Source: Octopus bimaculoides
Lineage: Eukaryota
Reading direction: 5' to 3'
Assembly (NCBI RefSeq): GCF_001194135.2
Contig: NC_068982.1
Location: 158,252,516 to 158,303,781 of the forward strand
Length of the DNA: 51,266 nt
The notes beneath the pieces were generated by a model. That model did no database searches. It saw only the letters and a list, made by a program, of their open reading frames with translations, and was not told the DNA's origin. A program made the translations under genes and the position numbers. The stretch's first letter is position 1. Every line of letters starts with the position of its first letter. Positions 22,550-36,200 of this stretch are shown piece after piece.

Positions 22550-22823
22550 CCGACATATTCTCCTGAAAAATATGGATAGTTTATCCTGTTCATGCTATAT
22601 TATTAGCATTATCCTGCATTTGAGAATAAACTTATTTCCTTATCTGTATCTTTCAATACATCTCAACGTTTCTAAAGCAAACTTCATAAATGTATGTGTA
22701 TGTACGTATCTATCTTTCTATCTGTCTGACTTTCTCTCCTTCTCTATCTGCCCCTCTCTCTCTCTCTCGTATATATATATATATATATATATAGACACGC
22801 GCATACACACACACATACGCATA

Positions 22824-23401
22824 TAGGGCGTCTGAAAAGTCAATGATAGGTTTCAATTTTTAATAAATTCCTTAACATTACAAAGAAATGCATGAAAGTT
22901 TGATACAATATAAAGGACATTCAAAGTAGACCTTATACATGGTTCCAGCAAGATGGCGCAAATGCTCACACTGGAAGAGAAGCAAAGCAGTTGCTACGGC
23001 AGTGCTTTGGAGAGAGAATAATCTCCAGCTACGGCAATGTCAACTGGCTTTCATGTTCCCCAAAATTGACTAGCCCGGATTTTTGCTCGTGAGGATACCT
23101 AATAGAGAGAGTTTACGTCTACAAATCGGAGACCCTGGTACAACTAAAGGGGAACATCAATAAAGAAATCAGAGAAGTAGGGTCTGAAACTCTTGAGGAT
23201 TTTATGGTGTAAGTTTTGGAAAGCGGACTGGCATGCGAAGCCGAAAATGGCTGCCATTTAAACGATATAATTTTTCATATGTGATGTAGTGGTGTTGCAA
23301 AATTAAGCTTGTGTATATTTATATTGAATCAAAATTTCATGCATTTATTTGTAAAGTTAAGGAAGTTATTAAAAATTGAAACCTGCCAGTAACTATTGGG
23401 G

Positions 23402-23408
<7 letters not shown>
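22824..23408 (+). mobile_element. Internally deleted Tc1/mariner (IS630-Tc1-mariner) transposon, 585 bp, with ~90-bp TIRs and a TA TSD
   Basis: The left end TAGGGCGTCTGAAAAGT...GGTTTCAATTTTTAATAAATTCCTTAACATTACAAAGAAATGCATGAAA matches the reverse complement of the right end, TAGGGTACCCCAATAGT...GGTTTCAATTTTTAATAACTTCCTTAACTTTACAAATAAATGCATGAAA. TA flanks both sides. Confidence 0.88.
22940..23284 (+). pseudogene. Transposase C-terminal fragment
   Basis: WFQQDGANAHTGREAKQLLRQCFGERIISSYGNVNWLSCSPKLTSPDFCS*GYLIERVY...NGCHLNDIIFHM* has FQQDGA/H and WPxxSPDL-like motifs and two in-frame stops. Confidence 0.88.
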
Positions 23409-23438
<30 letters not shown>

Positions 23439-24141
23439 TAAACAGGTAGGATATATTTAAAGATGTGTTTTATAATCACCATCCTGTGGAAATATATTTC
23501 TAGTACGATTACAATAGTAATGATGAATTAGCTGTAATAAAGTTCATGAATTTACGCGTAAATATCTATAAAGAATTTACAAGACATACCTTTAAACTTA
23601 TCATCTGATGTTTAAAGATATATGGATATGAAAACAAAGACTATTAAGAGCCGGCAGCAATATTGACAAATATCTACTTCTTGATTAGCACACATCACGA
23701 ATTCTAAAGAAAGTGTTAGAATCTTCATGATAATGAAACAAAGAAAGTGAAACAAAACATCATCAAACTTTAAAATTGTAATAGAATAACTAATTCTTTA
23801 TTATCATATAAAAATCTATATTGTATTTGCGTATTCGTATTGAGTGGGTATACGCAGTTATGTTACGGTGAGATTCATATACTACTATATGTTACATTTA
23901 TTATATCTTTGATTAATTTAGTATTTATTTGTCTGGGTGATGTCTAATCTGTTTTGTATCTCCAAAAGACACAACAATCTGTGAATGTTGTTCACCTTGA
24001 GAGTAAGCGATAAGAAATATCCAAAAGTCATCAAGTAATACCAACAAATGATGATTTCACATAAAGATTATCACAAGAACACAAATATACATTTTGTTTC
24101 CTCAGAAGACAAGAGTCGAAAGAATCGCAATAGCAAAAATG

Positions 24142-24300
24142 ATGTTTCAAAATTTGAGGCAAGGCTATCAATGTTGAAAGTAGGAGGTTAGTCGATAGCA
24201 TCAGCCCATGACTTGGCTGGTATCTTATTTTATCGAGCCCGAAATGATTAAAGTAAAGTAGAAAGGTTATGAATGCAGAACGTTAAGGAGTGACAAATTA
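24142..24300 (-). mobile_element. SINE family A, 3' part (degenerate)
   Basis: tttcaaaatttgaggcaaggc...ggtatcttattttatcgagcccgaaatgattaaag. Confidence 0.6.
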
Positions 24301-26510
24301 TTAATGTGAAATATTAAATATTATAATGAATATCCTACCCAAAATTATTTATATAGACTTCGGTGAGAATTCGTTAAGTATCTCTATTCAAAATACAAAG
24401 CTTCTTTTTCAGTAAAAAGACTACAAACAGAAGGTAATACTACAGATTACATAAACCCTTTACCTTGTCACTTATAGTTGTTTTGTTGGTTTCACATAGT
24501 AAAATTCATATTTTACGCAATTAATTCCGTGCTCAATGATTTCAAACAGAACTCTAATTATCCTGGCACACAAATATTATTTAAAACTGAACTTCATATG
24601 AATCCATGATTCAAACTTCACTGGGCATATGGAACTCTTCTATTCTCCTACGAATCAAATGACACTGACGTAGATCAACTTTCGTCTCATTAGATTCTTA
24701 TTTTTGCCTTAATCTGTATTTGAACATTCTGGCCAATTGCTTAAATTCAGTACATATTAATGTTCAATAAAACTTGACATTGTCAGACAGAGAATTCAAT
24801 ACATATTATTTAGTTTTCATTTCGACAGTCACCCATGAAGAAATATGAAAACAATACAAAACAAATCATAACTACGATATAGTTGGGTTTGATATATTGT
24901 ACGAGGCGTAAAGTAAACGCACATGCCGCTTTTCGAATTCTCTGTGTTTTGTCAGGAAAAAATGAATTTCTCCTCTGCCCGGAAATGTTGCCAAAATACT
25001 TGCATCGAATTCCGCTACTTCACCCAAATTCCAGGAATTATTTGTAAACGAGACAACGTTAGTTATTATCAAAAAGCCTAACACTTTAGTACATAGTGAA
25101 AAATACCTTGTTTCCTAAATCAACATCAGGAATCAAAGTATTACAGACCGATGATTAATTTGGTGCACATCAAAGGGTCGACAGGAATTTCTGTGAAAAT
25201 GTGGATCAAATTTTGGGGATAATTTCAAATGTTCGGTTTAACATTTTCATAAACATATATTATGAACACGCTGTATTAAAAAAACAACGATAGAGATTGG
25301 CCGGATAAATCCCACTTTTCCCCCTTTCCAACCCATGGGAAAACGAATTTTTTTTTAATGTTCACGTAGAGACCAAATTTTATGTACGTTACAACATTAT
25401 ATCTTATAATAAAACATATGAAGACTTCACTGTATAGTATTTTATCAAATAATTATGTTGCATCACTATCGCACTCACATGTTATATAAATTAGACAGAC
25501 CGATTGGGCTCTGCCAGGGTTTGTTCACTATAAAGAGTAATAAATGAACAAATGCTAACTCTGTGAACCGAGGATGGATAATCCTTCTCTGAGGATGTTC
25601 TAACGAGACAGGAAATTGGTTGCATCGATTAGATTTTTCCTCCGCCCACAGAAAGATAACACTGAAGATGCATCTACTTGTTTTACTTTCTACAGCAAGC
25701 AAAGAAAACTATATTTTAAAAGAGCAGACCTTAGATAAATAAATAAATAAATACACATATGTGTGTGTGTGTATATGGCTGTGTGTGTATACATATATAT
25801 AATATGTGTGTGTATGTATGCATATACGTATGTGTGTGTGCGCATGTGTACATATATGTATACATATATACACAAAGGCATTTATATGCACAAACATACA
25901 CATTGGAATATGGTAGGTTGACGTTATCAACTAGAATAAAGTCCTCACGAGGAGAAAAAAAAAACATAGATAAAAAAGAGAATCTTGAATATTTCGACTG
26001 TGTGTAACTGATTGCCAAGAATAAAAGTAGTATAGCAGGAAAGGACGGAAAGATGGAGCAGAAAGAGGGAAAGAAACTGTTGTGAGAAAAGAGAAAGAAA
26101 CGAGAGGAACGGCGAAAGATTAGGAAAAGAAAGTACAAAAATAAGCAAAGAAATACACAAAGATTTTGTATACCGATAAATTGCGTTACATAAACCGGAC
26201 TTAAGTAAGTTGGTAACTTATATAACATTAACATCTGCTTTATCTTGACAGATTTTGATCACAATACGATATTTCGTTAGTGAAGAGTATATACAAATAT
26301 TTTGACATTGGATATATTTTCAGGTATAAAAAGGTTCTATCGTGTTTTGTTGTTCTGTTACGAAACATTTATCGATTTATATCTCGGTGAAAAGAAATCA
26401 ACTTTAATCATTCGGGAAAGACGGAAGACCAAAGAAATCTTTTATACCAATTTTACTATAGGTTTGACGGAATAGTACATCTTGGATATAAATAATGCTG
26501 TCAATATATA

Positions 26511-26566
<56 letters not shown>

Positions 26567-26618
26567 TATGTGTATGCACATATATATGTATAAATAAGCA
26601 TAATCACATATACATATA

Positions 26619-26692
<74 letters not shown>

Positions 26693-28051
26693 CATTTATA
26701 TACAGATGTATGTGTGTATATATATACATGCACACGCATACACTGTCACTACTATATTGACGGCGTTATATCCATCCGAGATTAAGTATTCCGTCAAATC
26801 CATGTATATGTTTCTATGTGTGTGCGTGCGTGTCTGTGTGTGTTTGTGTTTGAAATGTGTGCCGTTGAAAGTATTTTTGAAATATGTATATTAGAACGGT
26901 TGGCGAGAGAAAAAAGTCGTTGGCGAGGGAATGTGGAGAGGGAGACTGCATTGCAAGGTAAAAAAAAAAGCTCTTGCCAGCCTAATTTCAATTCTTTATT
27001 GAACAGAGTTCACTTTACTTTTAATGTGATACTTTGTTATATATTTGAACTATTCTCCTTCAATGGGAAAAGTCTATGAATGGTGGTAATGGTGAACAAT
27101 TAGCGATGAATATAAGCAAACCGTATTAATCTGAGAATGATTTCTTGATCTTAATTTTTTTTCATTTCTTTGCAGTATCTTTTTTTATATTTTATTATTT
27201 ATTTATTTACTTATTTATTACAAAAATCAATATGTTACTAAAATACAATACCGATAATATTGCTATGAAAAACAGACACAAGTCGAATGAGTTTCTATCG
27301 TTTACAAAATATAAAAATAATGATATAGATTTCATAACATATTCCTAGATACGACTTGGCAACCACAAAAAGGTAAAAACGAAGGAAAAAAGCAATGGAG
27401 ATGTCTGCGTTGGCTTTCATCATAGACATCATCAATAAATGCTGGCATAGATTTACATAACTGATAATGCATTCGAATACATTAGTATGTATAATTAGTA
27501 ATTTAAGTAGTTTCAAAATTCTAGCCGTTAATATAGACAACTGCTTCAGATTTCTAATAAATGTTTTATTTTTAGAAATGCTAAATCTAGGTACATAAGT
27601 AAATGTATTTCGAAATAGTCAAATAAACCTATTCATTTACACGAAATCAAAGAATATAAGAAAAATTATGAAGTGTACATACATACATACATGCATGCAT
27701 ACATGCATATATATATATATATANNNNNNNNNNNNNNNNNNNNNNNNNNNNNNNNNNNNNNNNNNNNNNNNNNNNNNNNNNNNNNNNNNNNNNNNNNNNN
27801 NNNNNNNNNNNNNNNNNNNNNNNNNNNNNNNNNNNNNNNNNNNNNNNNNNNNNNNNNNNNNNNNNNNNNNNNNNNNNNNNNNNNNNNNNNNNNNNNNNNN
27901 NNNNNNNNNNNNNNNNNNNNNNNNNNNNNNNNNNNNNNNNNNNNNNNNNNNNNNNNNNNNNNNNNNNNNNNNNNNNNNNNNNNNNNNNNNNNNNNNNNNN
28001 NNNNNNNNNNNNNNNNNNNNNNNNNNNNNNNNNNNNNNNNNNNNNNNNNNN

Positions 28052-28082
<31 letters not shown>

Positions 28083-29149
28083 TATATACAAGTAAATACA
28101 TTACACACACACATTTTGATGATGAGGATAATGATGGACATGAGGATAATGATGGACTCTCTCATCGAAGACGACCTATGAGCATTCAGTTTTGCCAAAC
28201 GGCCTGCACAAATGATTTGCTTATAGTGATCAAATGTTCGTGCTGCGCATTAACTCACTGTCTCCATCAAATCGCGTCAGATGTCGAATTTGATCGCAGA
28301 GCAATGTAAGATAACGAAGCTACCAGGATATAAATAAACCCATAACTGTCAAATGGTGGTAGGGGTATAAACACAGATATAATGACATCCACTTAAACAT
28401 ATATATATATATATATACATATATACTCCAAGAAAGTTAGGGGTTGTGAGTTGTGAATCCAACCCACTAAGAGATAATATCTATCCAATATGATGTCCTT
28501 TTTAATTACCGATATGACATAATAGGTCACATGTGTTTGTATATTGTTTTTATTGTCGTCTTAGTTGATAAATAAACAGGTAAATTGACATAATATAATG
28601 TCTGCAAGTTGATGACTACCATATATACCCCTCCATTTTCTCATTGCTATATATATATATAATTCAGTTTTGGGGAGATTAATAGATATGTGGGTATTCT
28701 ATTTCAGATGATACAAACAACAAATGAGTATATCTGAAAGTAAACTCATGGTATCCATATGCACATGACAAAATAATACTTAAAGGACATAACCATCATA
28801 CCAGGGTATATACTATATTTCCTTAATTATCCCCTACCTTAGTTAACACTTAAATTAATTAATTATGAAGGAACTACACTTGTTTCAGTATTGGAAGATT
28901 ACAATATATATACATACACACAATTGAATACATATATATATATACACATATATAAATATATATATGCAATCATCAGATTAAACAATTATTCCAACAATAT
29001 TATAAATCTAATTTTACATCCCTTTAAAAAATAAGCAATAAAATTAAGCATTAAAGATTAAAATTCAAAAATCAAAAATCAAAATTATACTTTGTTATGT
29101 TAAGAAATTAAAATGTATAAATTATACATTAGAGGTTATGAGAGGTAAT

Positions 29150-30015
29150 AGTGTCGATAAGACCCAAAGGTTTCAGGTAATACTGAGTAAGTGCTATGGA
29201 CAGACTATAGTTAGGGTACAGGTTCGGTGATTATGCGAATAAGGAGTCCAGCCTAGGTTATATATCAGCATGTGTACATATAAAAAAAATTCAGAATGAG
29301 ATAAAACACCAAGGCTGTGAAAGATTTTAGAAAATTTATAAATAGTAGGTCTTACAGCTGTTTCCGGGATATTTTATATATCCCTTCATCGGAGACGGTG
29401 AGAGAGAATGGTTAAGCAATAGTTATTTTAGATAAGATATGAAACAGAGAGTGAATTGGAGGATTGAAAATAGACGTGAGATATGCAGGGGTAGTGTATC
29501 TGTAGATTCGTTGAGTAGATTCCAATAGTTTTTAAAATTGGTCATTCTAACTATAGAGTTTGTACATAGTGTTATTGAATCAAGGGTTTTATTTAAAGTG
29601 ACCTATAAGTTGGGAATGTAATTGTAAGGTCAAATCGAAAACAGGAAGAGAGGAATAAAAGAAAAGAAAAAGAAAAAAAAAGGAAACACGAAAAAAGAAA
29701 AAAAAAAGAAATGCGAGGAGAGATAATAAAAGAGATGAAGAGCGGAAAGTGTACTGGTTAGTGGTCAGTCAAGATATTTTGAAAGTAGGAATGGGGAGGT
29801 GAGGGAGATAGAGAGAAAGATATGAGAATGTAGAAAGTGGATAGGGTAAAGAGTAATGGAGTGTCAAGTATGAAGTGATAGAGCATAAGTGAGGGGCAGA
29901 GAGAGGGGGTAGGGGTTATAAAATGGTGGATTTGAAGAATTTGGGAATATAGGTTGGGTTGGTTAGACAGGTCAGTGTTGAAGTAGAAGAAGAGAAAATA
30001 TATATGTGAAGATGT
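29150..30015 (-). mobile_element. Penelope-like element remnant (terminal-repeat region)
   Basis: The minus strand has tctccgatgaagggatatataaaatatcccggaaacagctgtaagacc, a tgatga(a)gg...gaaac motif of the type seen in Penelope pseudo-LTRs, inside a pyrimidine-rich tract. No RT or GIY-YIG motif could be read with confidence. Confidence 0.4.
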
Positions 30016-30348
30016 GTACACATGCATATATTAAACATGTATATAGCTATTTATACATATCAACACCTACACATACAACACGTACTCATATATATATGTA
30101 CATACGTACACACATACTTATGTGTATATGTATGTATTATCGCCCCTGCACACGCAGGTATATATAACTTGCATACTTACATACACACACACACACACAC
30201 GCATACACACACACATACATACAAGCACGCATATATGTATGCACGTATATATGTATGCACGCATATACACACGAATATAATTAGATGGTTGTGATATTCG
30301 AGTATGAAAGAGGAATTTGATAGGGATTAGGTGTTAAAATGTAGATTT

Positions 30349-31990
30349 ATAAGGTTGTGGTGCTGGTTAGAAAGGATCCAAACAAGGGAGATATAGTAGA
30401 CAACTTTCGGTCATCGCTCTGCTTAGTTGAAGATTTTGGCCAAGGTACTACCAAAAATGTTGGTGCATGTCGCAGGTGGACTTGTCACGGAGGCGCAATC
30501 TTGCGTCATTCCCGGCAGGTGCATTCAGGGCAATCTCCAATTTCTACACTATGCCATAGAGAGGTAAATAGGCTTCCTGGCAAGGGTGGGGATTTGGTCC
30601 ATTTCGACCAATGCAAAGCTTTTGGAAGGGTTGACCATCAGTATCTGGTGTCGGTCCTCGCAGCAGTCGGATTTGTCCCCGAACTTCCGTAGGTGGATCA
30701 AGCGTTCGGTGCGTCAAGGATATCCTCTTTTCCCCCTTGTATATGCGTTGGCTCTGGAGCCTTTACTGCGGAAATTGGAGGGTATGAGGGACGTTACGCG
30801 TGATCTCGGTTGCGGAAGATCGGTTACGGCGTGTGCAGACGACATCACCATCATCGTGTCCGAGGTGGATCACCTATAGAGGGAAGGCGAGGTCATAAGG
30901 AGTACGAGGCGGTAGCAGGAGCAAAACTTAACCGGGATAAGTCAGTCAGCTTGCAGCTCAGCACCTGGAGAGGCAAGTCGATACCTCCTAATAGCGTCGT
31001 CGGTCGTTGGGCCGATGGGCTGATTAAATCGCTTGGAATCTGGTTTGGCCCGGATCTCCAGATAGAGAAGAATTGGAGCGAGGTGGCGAGCATAGTGACC
31101 AACCTAACTCAGACCTTGTCTGAGCGGTGGCTATCCCTGAAAGGGAGTGCTGAGGTAGCAAATGTGTTTATCGCATCTGTTATTATCTACCACCTGGCCG
31201 TCGTGCCATGTCCCGATTCCAAGATGGAACGATTGCTCTTCCGCTAAAGCGTGGGTTAGGGATGCCGTGGCTGATGATCCACAGGCATGCGCTGAGGCAT
31301 CCCTGGCTTTACCTGAATTGTGAACGGTTGTGTTCTCCGTTCGTTAAACTGATCCTTCTTCGGTTCACTAGTTTAGGTGAATTGGAACCGTGGATTAAGC
31401 GTAGACCAAAGCTGGGCGCGTGGTAGGCCGAATGTCGGCAGCCACTCGCGCTTATCTGCCAGACGAGTAATGCCCGTGGCGAGCGTTCCATCTCGTCATT
31501 CTATAGAGGTGTAGTAGAGGCAAAGTGTGACGATGTTCGGGGAGAAACCCTGGTTTTCAACGAAAGTCAGCTTGTTGGTTTATTCCGAAAGACATTCGAG
31601 CTGGGGCCTTTGGACAACTTCCAAAGGTCTCTGGCTTGGCAGTTTTACTGAGGAGCCTTATCAGTTCGAGATAAACACACTAGGCATGGCTTTTCGTGCC
31701 AGCCCACTTGCCCAAGATGCGAGCAGAGCAGGGAAGCTGTTCTGCACGCTATTGTGCAGTGTCCGAAAGTTTCGGAAATGTGGGTATATGTCGAACTGCT
31801 GTTGTCAAGTCTGGGAAGAGTACAGCTATCTTCGTAGTCGGTGGTATAGATCGTTCCACCATCCTCCTTCAATAAGGAAGGCAAGATGTGTTTTCTCGCT
31901 GTGGTAGCGTTGGTGAAAGAGGTTGTTTGGAGGACGAGAATAAGCGGAGTGGCGACGGATGCCTTCATCTCCAGCCCTGGTTTGCTCAGC
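30349..31990 (+). mobile_element. L1/Tx1-clade LINE ORF2 fragment (RT plus C-terminal zinc-binding region), truncated at both ends and frameshifted
   Basis: Pieces include VVVLVRKDPNKGDIVDNFR, KILAKVL, CVIPGRCIQGNL, DQCKAFGRVDHQYL, RQGYPLFPLVYALALEPLLRKL, ACADDITIIVS, YEAVAGAKLNRDKS, LGIWFGPDLQIEKNW, WSERWLSLKG-like and CPRCEQSRE.VLHAIVQCP. Confidence 0.9.
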
Positions 31991-33069
31991 GTGAAAGATT
32001 TTATTAAACACATAGCAGTACTTCTCGAAAATTTATGTAATTTATTTTGCATCAGTGGTACTTCTAATGAAGTGTTGAAGTGTAGAGACATCAAGTTCCC
32101 ACTCACAACATTTCTCCCTCTTTTCCAGATGCTTGTATTCGCAACTAAATGAACATGTACTTAAGTGTAAGTCACCATATATTCTGTGTGCGCGCATGCG
32201 ATGGATGCATACCAAAATTAATATGACAAAGAGAATAAACTTTAAAGAAATTTGGTACATTTATTCCCTTTGTACAGAAACTACTTTAGAGTTACAGTCA
32301 TGACGGGAGGTTTTTATGACAGCAGCTGATTTTCTTTTATTTGTTATTTTTTATAATTCCATGACATAATATTCGAGTAATTTTGAGTCTTCTCTCAGTC
32401 TTGAGAGTGATGAATAAACACTGGTCAAATTCAATTAATCGAACGATGTAAATAACGCCAAGAGTAGCTTCCTGGACGCTTTAGACCTATTTTTAAAAAA
32501 TCTATCTTCGTTTCATTTTCACACACACACACACACACACACATGCATACACATAAGTACACACATAAATACAGATATACATCCTTAAATACCTACACAC
32601 ACATACACGTGCATGCGCACACACACATACACAGACGCGCACACACATATATCTATGTCAATTTACTAAACATACTTCTTATCTTTAAAAAGAAAAAAAA
32701 ACATGCACTAAGTATTGTTCTGATGCTTTTAAACATTTCATTAGAATGGTGATTTTGAAATATTAGATGAGCTTTGAAATTGAAAGCGTAGCGATATAGG
32801 GAAAATAAATTTAAACAATTGTATAACACTCTCAGTCTATATGTATGTGTCTGTGTATGTAAGTGAAATTGCATGCACACATACACACTCACAAACACAA
32901 ATGCACATATTGTGTCCACACAGATACACAGACATATTGTGTGTTAATGAAAGAGAGAAAATGAAAGAGAAAAAGAGAATAATGATTTTTTTACTAAGGA
33001 TACGAAACATTGAATTAAATATATGTAAAGTATGAGCATATATTCTGTGTCTTTCAACGGTTGATTTTT

Positions 33070-33260
33070 ATTGTAGGCAAATAGCCAAGAATTTTGGAGG
33101 CAAAGAGTAGTCAATTAGATCGAAGCAGTACTTATTTTATTGACCAAACATATTTATTATATTGGCCGAGCAAAGGATAAAAGACGAAGCCTACAACGGT
33201 AGGTTTTGAACTTTGGAAATATGAAAGATATAAGTAAATAACAAAACAATTTAACCACAG
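33070..33260 (-). mobile_element. SINE family A (highly diverged)
   Basis: gtagtcaattagatcga...tacttattttattgacc...aaaggataaaagacgaag...ttttgaactt. Confidence 0.55.
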
Positions 33261-36200
33261 ATCTATTATTCCTCCAATCAATTGGTTTTCAGTAATGATA
33301 GAAAAGCAATATTTAATGCACGTGTGACCCTGCCATGTTAGATATCGTAGATTACTGATAAAGATGTTGTGTTTTGTTTAAATACAATATATTTATGTTC
33401 TCTGTTCATAAGTATTTGTCCTCAATTTCATTTCATTGCTTTGGAGAGTGTGCTTTTGTGTACGTAGCGAGCGGTTAATTAAGACCCTACTAGTAATAAA
33501 CTGACGATCAATGAACTTAATGATATATCACCTCCAGTATAAAGAAAATATGGTTGTGTACTAATGTTAGAATTCAATATGAAATTTTTACATTAATCAC
33601 ATTTTTGAAATCTCAAAACTAAATGGCTGCAAAGGAGAGATATGTGGTTAAAATCAGGTCAATGGCTTACTTCTTAATGTTCGCTTTCAACCCATACATA
33701 CATACATACATACATGCAGACATACATAATACATACATACATGGATAGTTATATACATGCATTAAAGGCATACATACATATACATGTGAATATACATGTG
33801 ATTTCGAGTGTGTGTATTTGCTTTTGAATGTTTGTAGATGTGTAAAGCTGATAATCGATTTCACTTAATTCATTTCTTTTGTATATTGTTTAAACCATAT
33901 ATTATTTGTGGTAGTTTGATGAATTATTTTATCTTCATTTGTAATGGAGAATAAACATCATTTATCTAACTTTAAAATTTCTACACGAGAGAAAGGAGAA
34001 AGAAAGAAAGGAGAAGCCCTTAAGAAATAAATGAATTGTACGAGAATTTATATACATGAGTGTAAATTTTATTTTGATAGGAAGTTTTAAAAAAATTAAT
34101 ATAAATTAGGAAACAATACCATATAAATTGAAATATAAGGCAATTCATTTTGCTGTGAAGTGGACGATGATATCATTTTCGAAATTAAATTAGTCAGACT
34201 TGGAAATAAAAGAACAAATAAATCGCTGTCGATAAATTAATGAGTATCTACAGAACAATGGCGTTTTTGAAAATGACTATAAAGGGATATTAGCCTTAGT
34301 TTACGATGTCTTTATTAACTCGATGATATATTTTTTATTTGTTGGCGATTCTTGGTAATAGTTTTGAACATATATATGTGTAGCCATTCCTATGAACATT
34401 AAGTCCGTGACTGATTGGATTAAAAGAATATGACGTCAAATTGTAATTAGCGAATACATAATGGAGATTTAAAGTGCGTTACTGATTTAATATGAGTTTA
34501 TTCTTCTCGGTATCTGACGAGACTGTATAATCATTAATTTCCTAGTCTACAAGTGAGCTTTTATTAAATTCTCCACCTCAGAAATATTCTATTCACTTCT
34601 TCGACGACACATGACCCTGCATCCTGTAGTCTCATTGTTGGTTACTATTGCAACATTATTGAGTTGCATCTTTTTGTTGCAGTTCATGGTTTTCATCTTG
34701 CGTTCAAATGTCTCCTAGTAATCAAGCTTGAATCTCTAACGATTACAATATATTAATTTTTCTAGACTTATAATAAAGGTTGCTATTTATTAAAATACGA
34801 TAATGTATCTTTTAAATTTGAAAAGAACGCGTACATGTATTCATAAAGTTGATGCAGAAAAGTAACTTTGAGTTTTATTCAAATAAAACTAAGATGATAT
34901 TTTCCCTCCAAATTCGTAGCATTACATTAAAGATATTTTATTATTATCCGTATTTGCATTTCTTTATTTATCTGAAATATGAATTACCATTGAATGGAGC
35001 ACTTTTCTTATATTCCAGAATATTACAGTGAGAAATAAGAAAGCACCTTAGTTGTTTCTTTCACTCTATGACATGACTTAAAACCACTTTAAAACAACGG
35101 ATTAAATGGCTAAAACAGCTATTAGCTGAAGCAAATGTTATTTATGCCTTGTAGTTTCTGCGTAGTCCGACTGGAGTCGATAAAAGCAGTTTACCTAAAA
35201 GATACAACCGATACACTGGAGAATCTAAAACAGATACTGCGAGCCAGATTCATTTTTTGCAAATCAATAAATACGTTGGAATATCGATCCAAATATTAAA
35301 AGTTTGTATCGTATCACTTGTGCTGGATTGTGTGTCCTTAACCACTTAATACTCGAGTACTTATTTGACCTAGATGTAAGTAGATAATCTGGATATATAA
35401 GTATCTATTTGCAAAAGTAAGAGAGTAGATTTAGAAACTGCTTTGCAGTGCTAAGGTCAATTCCTATTCATGCTACAGGGTAAAAACCAGAATCCGAACA
35501 GAGTGGTGAAATGCTGCATTGGCAAGAATAAATCCAAAGGAGCGTGCATAGAATTCCGATATCTGTGAACGCTGTGAGCAGTAAATTTTGCCGTCTTTTA
35601 ACGACTGACTATAGAGAAGGAATTAAATATTTCTTGCCTGGCTCTAGGCATAGTGTACATTCAGCAAGTAACTAAAATCTTACTACTTAACTCTCAAAGC
35701 TGTTTCTATTGTGAGGGTATCACACACGCACACACGCACACACACACACACACAAACACACACAGGCATGTATATATATGCGCGCGCGTGTGTGCATAAA
35801 TACTCGTGTGCATGTACATATACACATAAATATATACATACACAAACGCACACACACAAGTATGATGTGTATGTATGTATGTATGTATGCAGAAGCGCTC
35901 CCGTATGTCATGCCCGTAATTTCTAAATCAAACAAAAGAAATACTCATATTAACCATAAATCCATTCGTCCTTAAAAGCGCATACATAATGTGGACATAT
36001 TAATCATATTGATACATTGGGAAAGAAAGAGAGAATAAGAGAAAGAGAGAGGGAGAGAGAGAGAGAGAGAGAATAAGATAGTGGAGAATGGGAGAGGAAG
36101 AGAGAGAAAGAGAGAAACAGAAAGTTTTGTGGAATATTTGATAGTAATTAAATACACATCAAAGTCACAAGTGAAAGGCAAGAAGAGATAAAAGGTCTGA

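Larger units (their letters stand above)
22233..22647. repeat. Long imperfect inverted repeat (arms about 22233-22423 and 22456-22647, spacer about 32 bp)
   Basis: The reverse complement of the left arm (...ccgacagatttttctgcaaaatatgtatagtttatcttgttcatgctatattattagcattatcctgcgtttgagaaaaaaattatttccttatctgt) matches the right arm (...ccgacatattctcctgaaaaatatggatagtttatcctgttcatgctatattattagcattatcctgcatttgagaataaacttatttccttatctgt). Confidence 0.93.

Noticed and set aside
24870-25700. Possible DNA transposon or Helitron-like remnant and short ORFs
   Set aside because: I could not identify TIRs, a TSD, a terminal hairpin with CTAG, or transposase motifs.
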